Under the pieces are notes generated by a model. The model worked only from the letters and a program-made list of their open reading frames with translations, did not search any database and was not told the DNA's origin. A program made the position numbers and the translations under genes. DNA of 64,000 nucleotides, from positions 31,560,001 through 31,624,000 of the forward strand of contig NC_086109.1 of NCBI RefSeq assembly GCF_963921235.1, read 5' to 3'. The DNA is from Mobula hypostoma (lineage: Eukaryota). This document shows, one piece after another, positions 60,661-64,000 of the stretch. How positions within the stretch are numbered: position 1 is the stretch's first letter; each line of letters opens with the position of its first letter.

Positions 60661-63600
60661 GGGGAATTGAATGTTGTACAATCATCAGCATTAATCTGCA
60701 GATTTGGCCTCATCATTATAATTGGAATTAGTTTATTATTGTACCATATGTACCAAGATAGAATGAAAAGCTTGACTTGCATACTGCTCATACAGATCAA
60801 ATTGTTACACAGTACATTGAGGGAAACATTTAATAGTTTTATAACTGTCGGCTAGAAGCTATTCAAAGCCTGGTGGTATCCACTTTCAGGCTTTTGTAAA
60901 TTCTGTCCAAACTGAAACATCTGAATATTGCCCAGGCCAAGACACTGCCCTGAGAAAACACTAGGTAATGTAATAGTGCTGAGGCGAATGGCCTTCAAGT
61001 CCTTCGTGTGAGGTATAATTCCAGTAACTCAAATATTCCACTTGATTCCTAGTTTTATCAGTGCTTGATACAACACCTGACTGCAGGAGGCCTTGATGTT
61101 ATGGGGAGTCAGCCTTTGAAATTCAGGTCTTCTGTCCATGCTTGGTTTAACATTATAGCCAGGATGTTTTTTGACTCAATCGCCTTGCTGTATTCAATGG
61201 CCATAGGACACAGGGGCAGAATTAAGCTGTCCCATTTAACATGCCTTGCAATTCAACATTTGCTGAATTATTTCACCTCTCAACACCATTCTCCTGACTT
61301 TTCCCCCATCATCTTTGACATTGTTATAAATTGAAAACCTGCTAACCTCAGCTTTAAATATTCTGAAGCTGTGGCTCCTAGTCCTAGACTCCTCCTACTC
61401 ACTTATGAGTGAGTCATATTAGTTATAGAATTTTGGTTGAAGCTTAATTTGAACCCCTATGGATAATTTCTGGCTGTATGCATGCATTGCTGACTGAAAA
61501 CACTTGCATTGTATTTCAACCATGTTATTAGCGCTCATATTCAGATCATCCCTCTTTGAGGATTGGAATATAGGGAACCTCCCCCCTCCCATTAGCAATC
61601 AGATTATCAACTGGTATCTCTGAATATAGAGGACAACAGAGCTTTGATCTGATTTATTGTTTGTAGAATCACTTATTTTTGAGCTGTCTTATCTTTGTAG
61701 TAGTTTAACCAGGTTGTCACCACACGTTTACATACAATCAGGGTAATTCCTGCCATAACTGGCCATTGGCCCCATCTAACTGGGCTTGTTCTCTTGCCTG
61801 GAGAGTATTTGTAGAGGGAGGGATATGTCACACATTGGGGTTGCAGAATGTGGTGGAATACAATTCTTCTGCTGGAGCATCGAAAATCATTGATACACAG
61901 ATCTGAGCTGCCCAATTTGTTCTTTGCCAATGATTGGTTGAGCCACCCAACACAATGGATTAAAATCTTCCTTTGAGTGTACCTCTACGAGGACAATAAG
62001 TTGTGCAATTCACTCCTAACTATCCCATGAAATGGTCAAGAAAACCATATGATTCAAATGTAATTAGAAATTGGTCTCACCACCATCATCCATATTCCAT
62101 GTCTGAGTAAGATTAAAAATAGCTTCAATTAGACCATGGAACATCTCAGTACAGGTCCTTCGGCCCATGATGTTGCAATGACCTTTTTAAACTACTCTAA
62201 GATCCTATATAACCTCCATTTTTTTTTAACATTCATGTGCCTACATAGTGGTTCACTAATTATGCACATATTTGTCTTTCTACCCAGAAAGGCTCGAAGG
62301 CTTTTAAAGTGATTACCAGTCACATACTAGCTATTAATGATAGCAAACTCAATGGCTAGTATTTGCTCAATGCATAAGTATTCTTGTTGTCCTAATATTG
62401 CCATGTATTGTTAGAATCTGATAACTTCCAATAGCTCTTGTAGTTGCTAATTACAATCTGCCTGTGGCAAAAGCTTTGTCCTTTACCAGAAGTCATTAAT
62501 TAGAAGTCACCGTCATTCAGGAGATTAGAATTAATCTGTGGACATTTTCCAGCAAATACAAATAATCATGCTTACTCATACGAAGTTTCTCAAATATTCT
62601 CAGTTTAAACTTGAGCTTCATGACACTTTCCCTTTATGGTGATTGCCTAAGTGGTAAGCAGATTGTTAATGAGGGATAGAAAAGAAACAGGGCCACAAAA
62701 GCAAAGAGAACAATAAAACAATTTCAGCAGCTAAAGAATTATCTGAAATTGACCAGAGTATTAATAATACAATAATAATAAGATATTAAAGGATGTGCAG
62801 AAGGCAACTACAATCCCAATGATTTCCACTGACTTTGATATAAATAAAAAGGCTCAAAATCAGTAAAACCCCAGGAATAAATTTTACTTACCCTAAGAAG
62901 CTTTTATGATAAATATTGGTAATTATTATTAAGGAGCAATCGGATATTGTAAAGACACCAGCTGATTTTAAATAGACCAAAGAGAATATGAATTATTAAG
63001 GAGAGTAATTTGGAAAAAAGGTAAAACCAACAACCATCTTATATTAATATTGTGTAAAGCCACAAAACTGAGAATCAAAAATAAATCTGAGTATTGTCTA
63101 TAAGCTCTCAAACATAGTCAAAGTGACAGCCAGTTATCCATTTTCCAAGTGAAAAGGATTCCTGTGAATACCTTTTCATAATCCTTCACAATATGAAAGA
63201 ACTCGAAAGGAGACATGCTGTACTGAATTTGTTCTCAGTGATACAGCCTTGTACTTCTGTGGTGACTATTAAAGTTTCAATGCACTCCTTTCAATGCTTA
63301 TATGCATTATTTCTACAATAGGGCAATTAGGATTGCACACAGGATTCTAGTTGTGTTCTGTTTGACTTTATATATTTAGCATATGGACTATTTCAACTCC
63401 ATCCCTCCAGAAACAATCACTGATATAACGGTTTACTTTTTGTTGCTTTGTTAAGTTACCTCATGTTTTAGTGTCTTCATGTATTGATAGTTCAAGATCC
63501 TTTCTCTCTTGAGAAATAGCATCAACTAACAAAAGTTCTTCTTCTTGTTGTTTCTGCAATTACCTCATTTGGGAGGGATTCTCTCACTTAGTTAAGTTGG

Positions 63601-63674
63601 CTGGTCCCCAGCCATCCTTCACCTTTTTTTTAAATGTAGGCATTATGTCATTGCATAAGCTGCCTGCCAATATA

Positions 63675-64000
63675 AGGTTCAAAGTTCAAGGTACATTTAT
63701 TATCAAAGTATGCATGTACTATACAACTCTGAGATCTGTCTTCTCCAGACAGTCTTGTAACAAAGAAAACCATGGAAACCGTTCAAAGAAAAACATCAAC
63801 ACCCCCACACACATAAAATGATTTGTGGAAGGGGCAACAAGAACATCAACACCAGCCCCCCCCACCACAAACCCACAAGCAAACAACAAACAAATCACAT
63901 AAACTACAACAAGAAATAACAGCAAAAAAAAACAGACTATAAAAACATAAAACTGAACTGAAAGAATCCAAGTGAACTACAGTGCAATTCATAAATCTTC
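63675..64000 (-). mobile_element. Element with a Rex1-type 3' tail, running off the window
   Basis: GGTTCAAAGTTCAAGGTACATTTATTATCAAAGTATG..ATACAACTCTGAGAT resembles the antisense of the 38380-38592 tail. Confidence 0.7.

Overview
Eukaryotic, AT-rich, repeat-dominated non-coding DNA, most likely a cartilaginous fish (ray or shark). That assignment is inferred from HE1/V-SINE-like SINEs, a Deu-domain-like repeat and the CR1/Rex1/Penelope mix. I could not support any host protein-coding exon. All long ORFs are transposon remnants: a decayed Gypsy provirus (114-8711), Rex1/Babar-like and CR1 LINE fragments, Penelope-like elements (PLE; RT plus GIY-YIG endonuclease), R4/Dong-like and HERO-like fragments with restriction-like endonucleases (RLE), a Chapaev3-like DNA transposon, a Tigger/pogo element, mariner and hAT MITEs, and four solo LTRs, often nested 3-4 deep with readable target-site duplications (TSDs). 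The most interesting system is the PLE family. Its 3' tail carries a minimal type I hammerhead ribozyme (AGUC-CUGACGA-A-stem II-GAAACGUC^GACUG; 8 copies here). It repeatedly inserts as TSD-bounded, tail-outward fold-back pairs. One is a 203-bp palindrome whose symmetry axis is the predicted cleavage site, one brackets a HERO retrotransposon 3' end, and one has a CR1 with an approximately 55-bp duplication at its apex. Family names come from motif recognition only; no database search was run.
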